NCBI GenBank assembly: GCA_022792535.1
Contig: JAAWBG010000036.1
Span: 7,031 to 71,030 of the forward strand
Length of the DNA: 64,000 bases
Reading direction: 5' to 3'
DNA from: Lachnospiraceae bacterium
Lineage (GTDB): Bacteria; Bacillota; Clostridia; Lachnospirales; Lachnospiraceae
Under the pieces are notes generated by a model, which had not been told where the DNA came from, did no database searches, and saw only the letters and a list, made by a program, of their open reading frames with translations. Positions 36,418 through 47,354 of this stretch are shown here, piece by piece; position 1 is the stretch's first letter, and every line of letters begins with the position of its first letter. The position numbers and the translations under genes were made by a program.

Positions 36418-37191
36418 TTAAATATGCAACAACTTTTTAAAAAAATAACCGAAAAATACCATTCGGTTTCGTAACATTTTACCAATTCCATAGTGTTTCA
36501 TCCCGGAATTATTTTCACCGTGTCTTCGATATAAAAGCAGTGGTTCCGGCAGAAAATAAGATTTCCCGTCAGTATAATCCCCCAGAATCCCAATCCATTG
36601 ATCATGCATTTCAATCTTATCAGGAATTGGAAATATGACCTCTTTCAATTTTCTCTGAAAGGCCATACAGCACCCGATATAACTGTTTTTCATCATATTT
36701 TTCACTACTCCGGGTCCAGAATTTCGAAAGGCGAAAAAGGACTCCATTACGATCTGTTCCGGATCTTCCCCTTCAAATACCTTGGCGTCATGTACCACTA
36801 CCATAACATGATGTTCTGCAAATGCCTGCATGACCTTCTCAACTTTTCCCGGAAGCCAGATATCATCCTGATCTGCCAAAAAAATATAATTCCCCCTTGT
36901 GTTTTTTAAAACATGTTCCACATTTTTTTTAATTCCCTGCTTTGGCCCTTGAATAGGGCGGACCCTTGGATCCTTCTGCTGATATTCCCAAAGAATCTGC
37001 AAAGTGCCATCTGTGGAACCATCATCTGAGACCACCAGCTCATCTCCCTCCTGAAGCTGGCTTAAAATAGAATCCATCTGTTCCCGGATATATTTCTCTC
37101 CATTAAAGGTCACCATAGCCACAGAAATATGGATCTTCTCATCATCTTTTGGATGTATTGTAAGGGCATTTACCACAGTTTCCACCCCCAT
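36418..37191 (-). CDS. GT2 glycosyltransferase
   Basis: SVAMVTFNG, VSDDGSTD, FLADQDD, HDQW. Confidence 0.9.
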   Translation of the reverse strand: MGVETVVNALTIHPKDDEKIHISVAMVTFNGEKYIREQMDSILSQLQEGDELVVSDDGSTDGTLQILWEYQQKDPRVRPIQGPKQGIKKNVEHVLKNTRGNYIFLADQDDIWLPGKVEKVMQAFAEHHVMVVVHDAKVFEGEDPEQIVMESFFAFRNSGPGVVKNMMKNSYIGCCMAFQRKLKEVIFPIPDKIEMHDQWIGILGDYTDGKSYFLPEPLLLYRRHGENNSGMKHYGIGKMLRNRMVFFGYFFKKLLHI

Positions 37192-37934
37192 TTTCGAAAA
37201 TACCGTATCATAGAAATCATGTGTATCTTAAACAGCTTTCGGTCTCTGCGGGAACCTCGTTCCCATTTGTGAATCACCTCTGTATCAGGACAATACCAAA
37301 GACTGCTTCTCTCATTTACCTGCCTGCACAGATCCGCATCCTCCATGTACATAAAATAGCGTGGATCAAATCCTCCCATCTGACGAAACAGTTCTGTCCG
37401 TATCACGAAAAAGCTGCCCTGGGCAAAAGGAACCGCAAAGGGCTTCTTATAGTCCATTTCCTGCATGGTATGTCTGGCTTGGCGCTTCTTAAAATGTGAA
37501 GACAGAAACATGCGGATTCCCATATCTGCCACCGTCAGTTCCCTGCGGTACACAGCCTGGAGGTTTCCTTTCTCATCCGTCAGCCTTGGAACCGCCATTC
37601 CAATCTTCCTTTGTTCCATAAATTCCATCAAAATAGAAAGACTGTCTTCCTTTAATATAATATCTGGATTTACAATGGCATGAAACTGAGAATCTAATTC
37701 CGGCAGCACATAATTATGTCCACCGCCAAATCCAAGATTCTCTCCTGGTTTTCGATAGGCCACTTCTGGATATTTTTCTTCCAGCAGCTTTAAGTGATTC
37801 TTCTGGCTGCTGTTATCTACAATATATAATTTTTTAGAGACAGAGACAGCGGTACATTCCAAAATGGAATCTACCGCATTTCTCACATCTTCTTCATCGT
37901 TATATGCCACAATGACAATTGAAATATCTATCAT
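37170..37934 (-). CDS. GT2 glycosyltransferase (rhamnosyltransferase-like)
   Basis: VIVAYN, NLGFGGGHN, VNPD, GGFDPRYFMYMEDADL. Confidence 0.88.
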   Translation of the reverse strand: MIDISIVIVAYNDEEDVRNAVDSILECTAVSVSKKLYIVDNSSQKNHLKLLEEKYPEVAYRKPGENLGFGGGHNYVLPELDSQFHAIVNPDIILKEDSLSILMEFMEQRKIGMAVPRLTDEKGNLQAVYRRELTVADMGIRMFLSSHFKKRQARHTMQEMDYKKPFAVPFAQGSFFVIRTELFRQMGGFDPRYFMYMEDADLCRQVNERSSLWYCPDTEVIHKWERGSRRDRKLFKIHMISMIRYFRKWGWKLW

Positions 37935-39346
37935 GATGATCCTTTTCCTGTCAACACCACCCCGATGGTACGGACAATGATCCTAAGATCCATTCCCAGA
38001 GACCACTCGGAAATATATTGAGTATCCAGTGCAACAATCTCTTCGAAATTCTTGATATCACTTCTTCCGCTGACCTGCCACATTCCTGTAAGCCCCGGAC
38101 GAATTCCAAGCCTCGCTTTGTGATGAAGTTCATACTGCTCAAATTCATCTTCCGTAGGAGGTCTTGTGCCCACCAGACTCATATCTCCCTTCAGCACATT
38201 CCAAAACTGAGGAAGCTCATCAATAGAGAATTTACGCATAAATTTTCCTACTCCGAAAATCCTTGGATCATCCTCCATCTTAAACATCAGACCTTCCATT
38301 TCGTTCTGATTCATCAGCTCTTCTTTCATCTTATCGGCTCCCACCACCATCGTGCGGAATTTATAAAATTTAAAACGTCTTCCATTTTTGCCAATTCTGG
38401 TCTGAGCGTAAAACACCGGCCCTGGAGACTGTATCTTGATCAAGGGAGCAAAGATCAGCAATGCAATCCCCGTCAGCATCAGGCCAATCAAGCTGCCTGC
38501 AATATCCATACACCGTTTCACCACCACCTGCCTGGTAGTGGCAATTTTCATACTAGTGGTCAAAACCAGATATTTTCCGCAGCGTTCCACCAATTTATTG
38601 GGCATCAATCTGGATTCCCGCACAAGATTAAAGTGAACGGTCAGTCCCAATTCCAGCAGCTCATTTGCCAAAGCCTCGCTGCTCTCCCTGGTATTTCCAT
38701 TGATAAACACCTCGTCCACCACATTGATCCGCACATACTCCAAAAAACTGTCTGCTGAAGCCACCACAGGCACGCCGCAGATCTCCTCTCCGATCCGGTC
38801 TGCATCTACAATCACTACGCCGATCACTTCGAATTCTTTGTATCTGTCATATTGAAAATCTGACACGCATTCTCTGGCATAACGTTCCTCTGTCACTACA
38901 ATCAGCTGTGAAAATTTCTTTCCCCGGATCATACGCTGGCGGATATAAATTTTCCACAGACATCTAGAGAAATATTCAATTACAATTGCAATTCCCCAAA
39001 ATACAAAAATAACCTGTCTGGAATAGATCTCCGACTGCTTGGTGGACCACACATAGACAGTCACTGCCGCAAAGACAATACTGCAGTGTATTAAAACTGC
39101 CTTCAGTTCCTGCACTTTATTTCTTCTCAGAATTCCAGTATAGCTTTCAAAGAAAAATACGATACAGATATTTACCAGCAGCAGCACAACCGCCAGTCGA
39201 TTATAGTAATCCATCAGCAAGGGCAGCTTTCTTATATTCCCCAATCGTATTAAACAGGAGAGATAAAAAGCAATTTCCAGACAAATAAGATCCAGAATCA
39301 AAAAATCCAGGTGCTTTACCCAGCTCTTTTTTTGTTTTTTATACAT
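37931..39346 (-). CDS. Priming polyprenyl-phosphate sugar phosphotransferase (CpsE/WcaJ-like)
   Basis: N-terminal TMs, KRCMDI, YKFRTM, DELPQFWNV, VGTRP, PGLTGMWQV. Confidence 0.93.
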   Translation of the reverse strand: MYKKQKKSWVKHLDFLILDLICLEIAFYLSCLIRLGNIRKLPLLMDYYNRLAVVLLLVNICIVFFFESYTGILRRNKVQELKAVLIHCSIVFAAVTVYVWSTKQSEIYSRQVIFVFWGIAIVIEYFSRCLWKIYIRQRMIRGKKFSQLIVVTEERYARECVSDFQYDRYKEFEVIGVVIVDADRIGEEICGVPVVASADSFLEYVRINVVDEVFINGNTRESSEALANELLELGLTVHFNLVRESRLMPNKLVERCGKYLVLTTSMKIATTRQVVVKRCMDIAGSLIGLMLTGIALLIFAPLIKIQSPGPVFYAQTRIGKNGRRFKFYKFRTMVVGADKMKEELMNQNEMEGLMFKMEDDPRIFGVGKFMRKFSIDELPQFWNVLKGDMSLVGTRPPTEDEFEQYELHHKARLGIRPGLTGMWQVSGRSDIKNFEEIVALDTQYISEWSLGMDLRIIVRTIGVVLTGKGSS

Positions 39347-39564
39347 GACATTATCCTCAAGGTAAATTTACGGAATCATCATACACTACTTTTTTACAAA
39401 GACACAATAGAATTTCTCTTAATTTTTTCTTAATACGATTCCGGTGTCAAAAGAGTGCAGTCCGCCTTTTGGGCCATGGACTCTTAAGATTAGATTCCTT
39501 CCATCGCTTATATTCAGTATGCGCGATTCCTCCATTATTATCATTCTTTTCCAATGATCCAGCC

Positions 39565-39774
39565 TTAACTGTTCTCACTTTTGGTACGATTCCATATGTA
39601 CATCCAGCTTTCCGAATAATCTTTTCTCTGCTGTTCATCCATCTCACTGTACTGAGAAAAAGAAAGTTTGGAGGGCACCATCTTCACACCTCCGCATTTA
39701 TGGCAGAAAATCTCTTTCCTTCTCGAAACCGTTGTGATACTGCCGCATTCAGGACAGATAAATACTTTCATCAT
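39565..39774 (-). CDS. Small zinc-ribbon protein
   Basis: CPECG..CHKCG, 69 aa; GAAGGAG-like RBS. Confidence 0.65.
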   Translation of the reverse strand: MMKVFICPECGSITTVSRRKEIFCHKCGGVKMVPSKLSFSQYSEMDEQQRKDYSESWMYIWNRTKSENS

Positions 39775-39838
39775 ACGTCTCTTCTCACATTCTACTTTCT
39801 ATTTTGCTCTAATTCACTCTATTGTAGCATTGAATTGA

Positions 39839-39871
39839 AAAAAGGGCAAGTTCTAACGAACCTGCCCTTTT
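39839..39871 (-). terminator. Intrinsic terminator after the large GT2 gene
   Basis: Minus strand AAAAGGGCAGGTTC-GTTA-GAACTTGCCCTTTTTT. Confidence 0.7.
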
Positions 39872-41762
39872 ATGGTTTTAAGGCATAATTGCATTTTTTT
39901 AAAGAAAAATTCAGATTATAATAAGGATCTCCTTCTCTCAGAATATCTTTCCAACGAGTTCGGATAAATTCAATCTCCTCCCCAAAACGCTGAATCTTCT
40001 CTTTGGTATCCTCTTTGCCCCGTGACTTAGATTCATAGTGATATGCTTCCACAAAAGGATCATACACCACCAAATATCCTGCCTGTCTGGCCCGCAGACA
40101 AAAGTCCACGTCGTTAAAAGCCACCGCCAGCTTTTCTTCCAGGCCCTGCAGTTGTTCAAAAACTTCTTTAGAAACCATCATACACGCAGCTGTCACTGCG
40201 CTGTAATTTAGCTGCAGCGCCGCTTTGTGAAAGTAGCCTTCCTGTCCCCGTCTCAATCCAGGAAACATATTTGCCGCAATCCCATCAATTCCTATTACAA
40301 TCCCTGCATGCTGTATGGTATTATCCGGGTAATATAAGCGGGCGCCTACAATCCCCACTTCCTGCCTCTGGCAGTTGCCCAGCATCTCTTCCATCCAATT
40401 TGGCGTAATCATTTCCACATCATTGTTCAGCAATACCAGAGCATCTCCCTGGGCATGGGACGCCCCAAAATTATTGATGGCCGAGTAGTTAAAGCCACTG
40501 TCCCACACCACAATCTTCACTTTCTGACCTTCCGGCAGAATTCCTTCACCGCCAGAAAATCCTTTTCCCTGACTCCTCTGGCCTTCTCTCTCCAAACTAT
40601 CGTGACAGCTTTCTTCCTGCTCACTTAATAGTTCCTGATAATAAGCAAAAATTTCCGGATCTGTACTATTATTTTCAATGATGATAATCTCATAATTCTG
40701 ATAGGTAGATCTTTGAATGGAATCTATACAGCGGCGAAGAGTTGCCGGCTGATCCTTATTGGGAATCAGAATAGACACCAGCGGCTCTCCTTGAAGATCA
40801 TAAACAACCCGGTAAAATCCAAAATGGGGAAGCTGACTCACTTTTCCCTGAACCCCCGTTCTTCTCAAATGTTCTTCCAGCGCCTTTTTTCCTGCCTCGT
40901 AAGCATAGGTTTTGCTTAAAGGATTATCTGCTGTGGAATGGCTGTGTACCCGCCAGTGGTATAGTATTTTAGAAATATGACCTGTTTTTTTTGCAATCTC
41001 CGTACAGCGGAGAATCAAGTCATAATCTTGAGCGCCGTCAAATTCCTTTCGAAGTCCTCCTGCCTGCTCTAATACCGTTTTTTTCACACAGAAAAAATGA
41101 GTAATATAATTATTAGAACGCAGCAGATCCAGACTGAAATCCGGTTTAAAATGGGGATTTTTATGTTCCAATCCCTGTCTGGTATCCTCTACCTGGTCTT
41201 CGTCTGAATAGATCACCTCAATGAGCGGTTCCTGATTGATCAGCGACGCCACTTCATACAGGGCCTCCGGGGCCAGCAGATCGTCATGATCTAACAGTCC
41301 TACCCATTCTCCTTTTGCCATCCCAATTCCTGCGTTGGTATTTTCAGAAATTCCCAGATTCTTTTCCAAACGCTGGTACTGAATCCGGCCTTCCTGATAC
41401 TTTTCACAGTAATCTTTTACCACTTGCTCCACTTCTCTGGAAGGAGTTGCATCCGCCAGACAGAGCTGCCAGTTTTCATAGGACTGGTTTTGCACTGAGT
41501 CCAGCATTTCCAGCAGATATTTTTCCGGAGTCTGATAACAGGGAACCACCAGACTGATCAAAGGCTGGTGGTCAAATTTCTTTCCCTGTTTTCTTTGTCG
41601 GGACAATTCCTCTTCCTTGGCTCTGTACTTTTCAAACCAGGGGCCATAAGGAACTTCCTGAGGCTCCATTTTATCCCGGAGCCTGTTCCAGAAAGCCTTA
41701 GGTCCATAGTGCTTTAAATATCGAATTCCTTTTTTTATTTTGTATGGTGTAAGTTTCATCAT
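39870..41762 (-). CDS. Two-domain GT2 glycosyltransferase
   Basis: Two GT-A domains (SLVVPCY..LDHDD; SILIPNKD..LLNND); AVAFNDVDFCL. Confidence 0.9.
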   Translation of the reverse strand: MMKLTPYKIKKGIRYLKHYGPKAFWNRLRDKMEPQEVPYGPWFEKYRAKEEELSRQRKQGKKFDHQPLISLVVPCYQTPEKYLLEMLDSVQNQSYENWQLCLADATPSREVEQVVKDYCEKYQEGRIQYQRLEKNLGISENTNAGIGMAKGEWVGLLDHDDLLAPEALYEVASLINQEPLIEVIYSDEDQVEDTRQGLEHKNPHFKPDFSLDLLRSNNYITHFFCVKKTVLEQAGGLRKEFDGAQDYDLILRCTEIAKKTGHISKILYHWRVHSHSTADNPLSKTYAYEAGKKALEEHLRRTGVQGKVSQLPHFGFYRVVYDLQGEPLVSILIPNKDQPATLRRCIDSIQRSTYQNYEIIIIENNSTDPEIFAYYQELLSEQEESCHDSLEREGQRSQGKGFSGGEGILPEGQKVKIVVWDSGFNYSAINNFGASHAQGDALVLLNNDVEMITPNWMEEMLGNCQRQEVGIVGARLYYPDNTIQHAGIVIGIDGIAANMFPGLRRGQEGYFHKAALQLNYSAVTAACMMVSKEVFEQLQGLEEKLAVAFNDVDFCLRARQAGYLVVYDPFVEAYHYESKSRGKEDTKEKIQRFGEEIEFIRTRWKDILREGDPYYNLNFSLKKCNYALKP

Positions 41763-44700
41763 TTTTTTATTCGTACCGATTTTGCTGCTGAGTAATCAGA
41801 ATATTTTATGGTTCCGTTTTCTTTTTTGTAAGTTCTGATTTTATAGTAATAAGTCGTATTCTTTTTCAACTTACTGTTGGTAAAACTCACTTTTTCTGAT
41901 TTCGAAATGGTCTTTATCTCCTTGTATTTCCCATTTTTCCCAGTTTTACGGTAAATCTTATATCCGTCTGCCCCTTTCTGTTCCTGCCACTTTAAAGTGA
42001 CTTTTCCTGAGCCTGCATTGGAGGCCTTGGTCAGTTTCGTCCCTGCCAGTTTTGCCTTTACAGATACTACCGGAGAATAGGAAGAATACCTTGTCTTATC
42101 CCGATTAGCCGCATAAGACCGTATTTTATAATAGTAAGTTTTCCCGGCCTTTACATTTTTATCCGTCCAGGACAAGGAAGAATTTTTTGTGATTTTTTTA
42201 ACCTCTTTATATTTTCCTTTTTTGGAGGTAGCACGGTAAATCTTATATCCAGTCGCCTTGCTTTCCTTCTTCCATTTCAATTTAATCTTGCCGGAAGAAG
42301 CGCTGATGGAGGTGATCTTTCCTTTGGCAAGTTTTGTCTTCACTTCCAGGATTCCAGAATAGCTGGATCTCTTGGTGCCTGCTGAGGTTCTGACATAAGA
42401 ACGCACTTTATAATAGTAAGTCTTTCCTGAAACAATTGTATTGTCGGACCAGGATACGGTCTTATTCCCGCTAACAGATTTTATTACCGTATACTTGCCC
42501 TTTTTGGAAGTGGCACGGGCAATATCATAGCCGTCGGCCTTGGAATCGCGCTTCCAGGTTAACTTGATCTTGCTTCCTCCGGAAACAGCGCCTTTGGTCA
42601 ACGTAGGTTTTGTCATCTTAATCTGAGCAGATTTTGTCCCTGTGTAGGAAGAATAATAGTCTTTTCCATCTACTCTCCGGTATCCACGAATCCGATAGGT
42701 GTAGGTATTGCCTGGCACCACTGTGGTATCCTGGAACGTAAGATTAGATTTCCCGGTAATGGTCTTAATACAGCTATAACTTCCTGAACCTGTCTTACGA
42801 TAGATTTTATATCCATCTACTGCAGCCTGTTTCCAAGACATCTCCACCGTTTTATAATTCTTCACGCTAAGTTTATTCCAGGAAATATCAGGTACTGTGC
42901 CATCCACAAATTTTTCTGCTGAATAAGCAGAATAGAGATTCCCCTCCTTCAGCTTCAAAAAGGCCCGTACTTTATAAAAATATCTTTTTCCTGGAACTAC
43001 ATTTTTATCTACATAAGAAGTCTCTCCCAGCCCGTTTAAAGTTTTTATCCTGCTGTATTTTCCATTTTCTCCTTCGGCGCGGTATACTTGATATCCAACA
43101 GAACCTGCCACCTCATTCCAGGTCAGCTTATTTTCTGTACTTCCAATACTTGCCGCTTTCAGTGACGGTTTACTTAAAGTACCATTTTCATTTGGCTTTT
43201 CTCCAGGGCTGGAGGGCATATTGTTAAATACTGGAACTTTGAACACAAAACTGTTATTCAAGGCTCCCATTTCTGAATAGCTTCTGTAAACGCTCTTTCC
43301 TTCGCTTTCCGCTGCCTGCAGGTTCTGCATATACTGATGCCAGTAAAGTCCATCATAGGAAGCATCCACATCAAATTTCTGCAGATAGAACGTATCCTGT
43401 CCTCTCTTGATATATTTGGAGGATACTTTCTCAGCGCCTCCTTTGAGAGCCTTGTAGCGGGTATTCCATCCAGCGTTCTTGGCCTCTGTCAAACCGCTGG
43501 TGATCACATCATTGCCAATTCCTGTCGCTCCCATATTAAAATAATTGTAATACCCTTCATATCCAGGGTATTTTCCTGAGATCAGAGAAGAAGTTCCGTT
43601 CACTCCCTGCTCCTGGCGCACCCGGCTTGCCAGAAAATAAGGGCTTACTTTCAGTTCTTTTCCGATCTTCATAAATGCCTGAGCGTAAGTAATACCTCCT
43701 TCGGAGCCATCCTCTAACTTTTTATTGCTCATAAAAGTGTTTTTCAGCACTTTCTCCACACCAGACTCTTTATGATGAGACTTGTTATAAGTAAGCTGTT
43801 CAAACTGGAACACTGCCTCGTCATTCAAAAAATTCCGGGGATCCAGGTAATACTTAATCAGAGATTCGGACGCCTGCACCCAGGTAGTGCCATTTTTAAT
43901 CACCCATTCTCCGGTCTGCATATTATAGGCATTGGAGGCTGTAGATTTCCAGGTGGAAGGACGATAGTTTTCCACCAGATTTACTGCATCTCCCATTTCT
44001 GCCTTCAATACATCTGACCATTCCAGGCCAGTATTCATGGGCACGAAAGTCCAGTTGGGATGCGCCTGAATCATCTTCTGAATAGCAGAGCGATAACTTT
44101 TGGGAAAAGCATTCAGATCTGTTTTTCCAGAGGCATTCACACTGCTGAGCTGTCTCTGCTTGCCTACATATTGGTCTCTCCACTCTGACAGTCGTTCATC
44201 CTGAGACACCACATAATCACTCTGAATATATCCCGTGTATTCCGCACCATTCACTGCGAATTCAATCTGAAACCAGACTCCTGTCTCTGTCAGAACCACA
44301 CCAATCAATTTGATCTGATATCCGCTGGTAAGAGTCTGAACAACAGCTGCGTCTCTGGACGCCTCTTTGCGAATAAGAAATTCCACGCCATTGGTGAGGG
44401 TTGCGTACATATCATACTCTTTGATAAGTTCTGCAAAGGCTTCCTCCGGTGAAAGTTCTGTCTTTTCCTCTGTCAACAGTTCTTCCACTTCTTCTCCAGA
44501 GATCTCTTTTTTATCTTGAACCTTCTCTTTCCCATTTTGAGAATTTTCTTCCTCTTCCGGGGTCTCAGTCTCATTTTCTGAATCCCATATGTCCCCTGGA
44601 TTCTGGGTATCATTTCCTGGATTCAAAGGTTCGTCTTCCGAAAACTGAGTATCGTCTTCTGGATTCTGGATATTATTTTCTGAATTCTGAGAAGTATCTC

Positions 44701-44968
44701 CTGGACTCTGTGTATCCCCTTCTGATAACTGGGGATCATTCTCGGAACTCTGCCCGTTATCTGCTGGAACCTTGGTACTGCTTCCTGGATTCAAATCCTC
44801 CTCTGGGTTTTGAATATCACTCTCTGGATTCTCAGACCCATTGTTTCCTTCTGCTGTAATCTCTGTCTGGCTGGCATATACCAGATTGCCAGCCCCGCCA
44901 AAATCTGTGGCTAGTATTGCTGCTGTCAATAATATTGCCGCTGCTTTTCGAAATTTTTTCGGTTTCAT
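41759..44968 (-). CDS. Secreted glucosaminidase-like peptidoglycan hydrolase with SH3-like region and several C-terminal FN3 repeats
   Basis: Signal peptide; YYLDPRNFL, SPYFLASRVRQEQG, YYNYFNMGA, HQYMQN; repeats W...GY.IYR...YYYK.R.Y; start moved to MKPKK. Confidence 0.82.
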   Translation of the reverse strand: MKPKKFRKAAAILLTAAILATDFGGAGNLVYASQTEITAEGNNGSENPESDIQNPEEDLNPGSSTKVPADNGQSSENDPQLSEGDTQSPGDTSQNSENNIQNPEDDTQFSEDEPLNPGNDTQNPGDIWDSENETETPEEEENSQNGKEKVQDKKEISGEEVEELLTEEKTELSPEEAFAELIKEYDMYATLTNGVEFLIRKEASRDAAVVQTLTSGYQIKLIGVVLTETGVWFQIEFAVNGAEYTGYIQSDYVVSQDERLSEWRDQYVGKQRQLSSVNASGKTDLNAFPKSYRSAIQKMIQAHPNWTFVPMNTGLEWSDVLKAEMGDAVNLVENYRPSTWKSTASNAYNMQTGEWVIKNGTTWVQASESLIKYYLDPRNFLNDEAVFQFEQLTYNKSHHKESGVEKVLKNTFMSNKKLEDGSEGGITYAQAFMKIGKELKVSPYFLASRVRQEQGVNGTSSLISGKYPGYEGYYNYFNMGATGIGNDVITSGLTEAKNAGWNTRYKALKGGAEKVSSKYIKRGQDTFYLQKFDVDASYDGLYWHQYMQNLQAAESEGKSVYRSYSEMGALNNSFVFKVPVFNNMPSSPGEKPNENGTLSKPSLKAASIGSTENKLTWNEVAGSVGYQVYRAEGENGKYSRIKTLNGLGETSYVDKNVVPGKRYFYKVRAFLKLKEGNLYSAYSAEKFVDGTVPDISWNKLSVKNYKTVEMSWKQAAVDGYKIYRKTGSGSYSCIKTITGKSNLTFQDTTVVPGNTYTYRIRGYRRVDGKDYYSSYTGTKSAQIKMTKPTLTKGAVSGGSKIKLTWKRDSKADGYDIARATSKKGKYTVIKSVSGNKTVSWSDNTIVSGKTYYYKVRSYVRTSAGTKRSSYSGILEVKTKLAKGKITSISASSGKIKLKWKKESKATGYKIYRATSKKGKYKEVKKITKNSSLSWTDKNVKAGKTYYYKIRSYAANRDKTRYSSYSPVVSVKAKLAGTKLTKASNAGSGKVTLKWQEQKGADGYKIYRKTGKNGKYKEIKTISKSEKVSFTNSKLKKNTTYYYKIRTYKKENGTIKYSDYSAAKSVRIKK
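44596..44805 (-). repeat. Degenerate 21-bp coding tandem repeat (about 10 units) forming an acidic linker
   Basis: Plus-strand units starting CTGGATTC...; peptides NPEDDTQ, SPGDTSQ, NSENNIQ. Confidence 0.7.
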
Positions 44969-44993
44969 AATTTTTCCTCTCTTTATCCTCAAT

Positions 44994-47354
44994 TTAGACT
45001 GCCTTTCCTGACACAGCACCACAATATCCGCTGCATCCATTTTTTCCATCTACCCTATTTCTAACTTCTATTTTATAATAATATCTCTTTCCTGTTTGTA
45101 ATCCTTTATCTTCATAACTTGTCGGTCTGCCGGCTTTAATCGTTGCAACTGTCCTATATTTTCCCTTTTTGGAAGTACTTCTCTGAATCCGATAGGCGTA
45201 TGCATTATTTACCTTCTTCCATTTAATACTCAATGATGTGCTTGTTTTCGGGCTCACTTTAACAATTTTTGTCTTCTTTACCGCCCATCCTGAATACACT
45301 GGAGAATAATCGCTATAACCATTCTTTTCTCCGCCTCTGGCACGCACTTTATAGTAATAATTCTTCTGTGTTTTAATATTGCCATCGGTATAGGAATTTT
45401 TCTCGGCCCCTACTGTGGCAATTTTCACATATTTTCCTTCCTTCTTTTCACTACGCAAAATCTCATATTGAGAAGCATTTTCCACCTTTTTCCAGGAAAT
45501 ATTCAATTTCCGAGTCGCCTTAGAAACAGCTTTCGTAATCTGAGGTTTTGCCAGCGTCTGAGCTGCATAGGGCTGAGAATATGCGGACTTTTCTCCACCT
45601 GCATATACTACACATACTTTATAATAATAAGTTACTCCTTCTTTCACCTTGTCATCATATGTATTTCCATCTACTTCTGCAACCTTGGAATACTCTCCCT
45701 CTTCAGAAGTACTGCGATATACCTGATAGGAGGCCGCCCCGGCAGTCTCTCCCCACTTAATACGCAGTTTTTTGCTGTTTCTAGATTGAATTGAAGTAAT
45801 CTCAGATACCTTTCCCTTCAAAGACAAATTATAATATTTTGCAATTCCTTCAGCGTCTGCCACGCCTAACTTCTTCAACTTGGCATCAGAACTCAAAAAA
45901 CTAGAAGCATCTGCCGCATTGCTCAAAAAAGCATGTTCAATCAGCACTGCCGGAAATCCTGCTTCTTTGCTCCTGCGAATCACTGCTAAATAATCTGCCA
46001 GAGACCCATCTGGATACAAGGTATTGTTTTCTGAATTACGAATCAAAATCCCCCCTGCCCAGGTAGACAGTCCCAAAGCTTTCAACTTTTTGTAAATCTC
46101 AGTTGCCAGCCCTTTTCCTTCTTTTCCAATATCTTCTTTATAATTTCCATTGGGATAATAAATTCCCACCCCACGAGGAGTACTGCTGGCACTGGAATTC
46201 AAATGAAAGCTGACATAAACGTCTGCTCCTTTTTTGCGGGCAAACTCTACCCTTGCCGCATTGCAGGTGGCAGAAGTTACCTTAGAACCGCCATTGGGAC
46301 AACTCTTTGTCTGTCTGGTCATATAGACAGTTACCAAATTATACTTTTGTAATTCCGCCTTACAATATGTAGCAATTTTTAATACCAGGTCTTCCTCCAC
46401 ACAGCCATTTCCTCTTGCTCCCGCATGGGTACTGTCATGACCTGGATCTAACACGATCACCATATTTTTTGCGCCTCGTGTAAAAGAGTTGCCAGAAAAA
46501 GTATTCTTGCCTGCTGCCTTAGCTTGTTCTAATACTTCTGCAACAGAATTCTCGGATACTGTTCGGCCGTTTTGATCCATAGTCACTATATTTGCTTCCA
46601 CTTCTTCCAGTAGATTTTGATCCACCAGCAAATCGTCCGCCTCAGTCTCAACCTGACAGTTAACGCCATAGACTACTTTCATACCCAGTTTTTTCAGATC
46701 TGCCACGTAAGATTTTTCTGAAGTCTGCCAGGTAACACGTTCCAGCTGATAGATTCCTTTTTGATTCTCACTGTTGTACTCCATGGTAAAACGAACCATG
46801 TTTTCCACAATTCCAACTGCTTCTACTGTCATTTCCTGACCTGTGGTAATATTTCTATATTGTAATTGTGCGCCTGTTATAGCTTTTCCTGTTTCTCCAA
46901 GTTCTGCTGCCACATTCTGCACACCAGGAGTCTGAATATATGTGTTTTCCTGCATAATATATTTCAGGGTACCCTCTTCTTGTGTCTTCTCTTTTACTAT
47001 CGCTTCCTCCATACTTCTGCCTGCCTGAAATACTTCTTTTTCTTTTATCTCCTCTTTTATCTCCCGGCTGTTCCCTGTCTTTTGTTCCTTATCTTCTTCT
47101 GTATTTTCATTCTCCTTCGCATCTGCATTTTCCTTTAAATTTTTTGTCTCCTCTGGAATCTGCTCTTCTTCTAATGCTGGTTCTTTTTCCATTTCGACCG
47201 CATCTTCTAACTCCTGCAGATCATTCGATGTCTCCAATTCTATATTAGGAGACTGAGGTTGTCCTTCATTTCCTGCCTGAACTTGGGTTCCTGCAGAAGA
47301 AAAAATCATACATGCCGACAAAATTACTGCAATCACTCTCTTTGAGGGTCTCAT
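44994..47354 (-). CDS. Secreted N-acetylmuramoyl-L-alanine amidase with C-terminal FN3 repeats
   Basis: Signal peptide VQA; LDPGH, EE, SFHLN, LIEHAF Zn/catalytic residues; three FN3-like repeats. Confidence 0.88.
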   Translation of the reverse strand: MRPSKRVIAVILSACMIFSSAGTQVQAGNEGQPQSPNIELETSNDLQELEDAVEMEKEPALEEEQIPEETKNLKENADAKENENTEEDKEQKTGNSREIKEEIKEKEVFQAGRSMEEAIVKEKTQEEGTLKYIMQENTYIQTPGVQNVAAELGETGKAITGAQLQYRNITTGQEMTVEAVGIVENMVRFTMEYNSENQKGIYQLERVTWQTSEKSYVADLKKLGMKVVYGVNCQVETEADDLLVDQNLLEEVEANIVTMDQNGRTVSENSVAEVLEQAKAAGKNTFSGNSFTRGAKNMVIVLDPGHDSTHAGARGNGCVEEDLVLKIATYCKAELQKYNLVTVYMTRQTKSCPNGGSKVTSATCNAARVEFARKKGADVYVSFHLNSSASSTPRGVGIYYPNGNYKEDIGKEGKGLATEIYKKLKALGLSTWAGGILIRNSENNTLYPDGSLADYLAVIRRSKEAGFPAVLIEHAFLSNAADASSFLSSDAKLKKLGVADAEGIAKYYNLSLKGKVSEITSIQSRNSKKLRIKWGETAGAASYQVYRSTSEEGEYSKVAEVDGNTYDDKVKEGVTYYYKVCVVYAGGEKSAYSQPYAAQTLAKPQITKAVSKATRKLNISWKKVENASQYEILRSEKKEGKYVKIATVGAEKNSYTDGNIKTQKNYYYKVRARGGEKNGYSDYSPVYSGWAVKKTKIVKVSPKTSTSLSIKWKKVNNAYAYRIQRSTSKKGKYRTVATIKAGRPTSYEDKGLQTGKRYYYKIEVRNRVDGKNGCSGYCGAVSGKAV

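Noticed and set aside
39419-39535. 38-aa ORF (MEESRILNISDG..) and a small hairpin upstream of the priming transferase
   Set aside because: Weak RBS, no recognisable motif, and the hairpin is short; not supportable without conservation data
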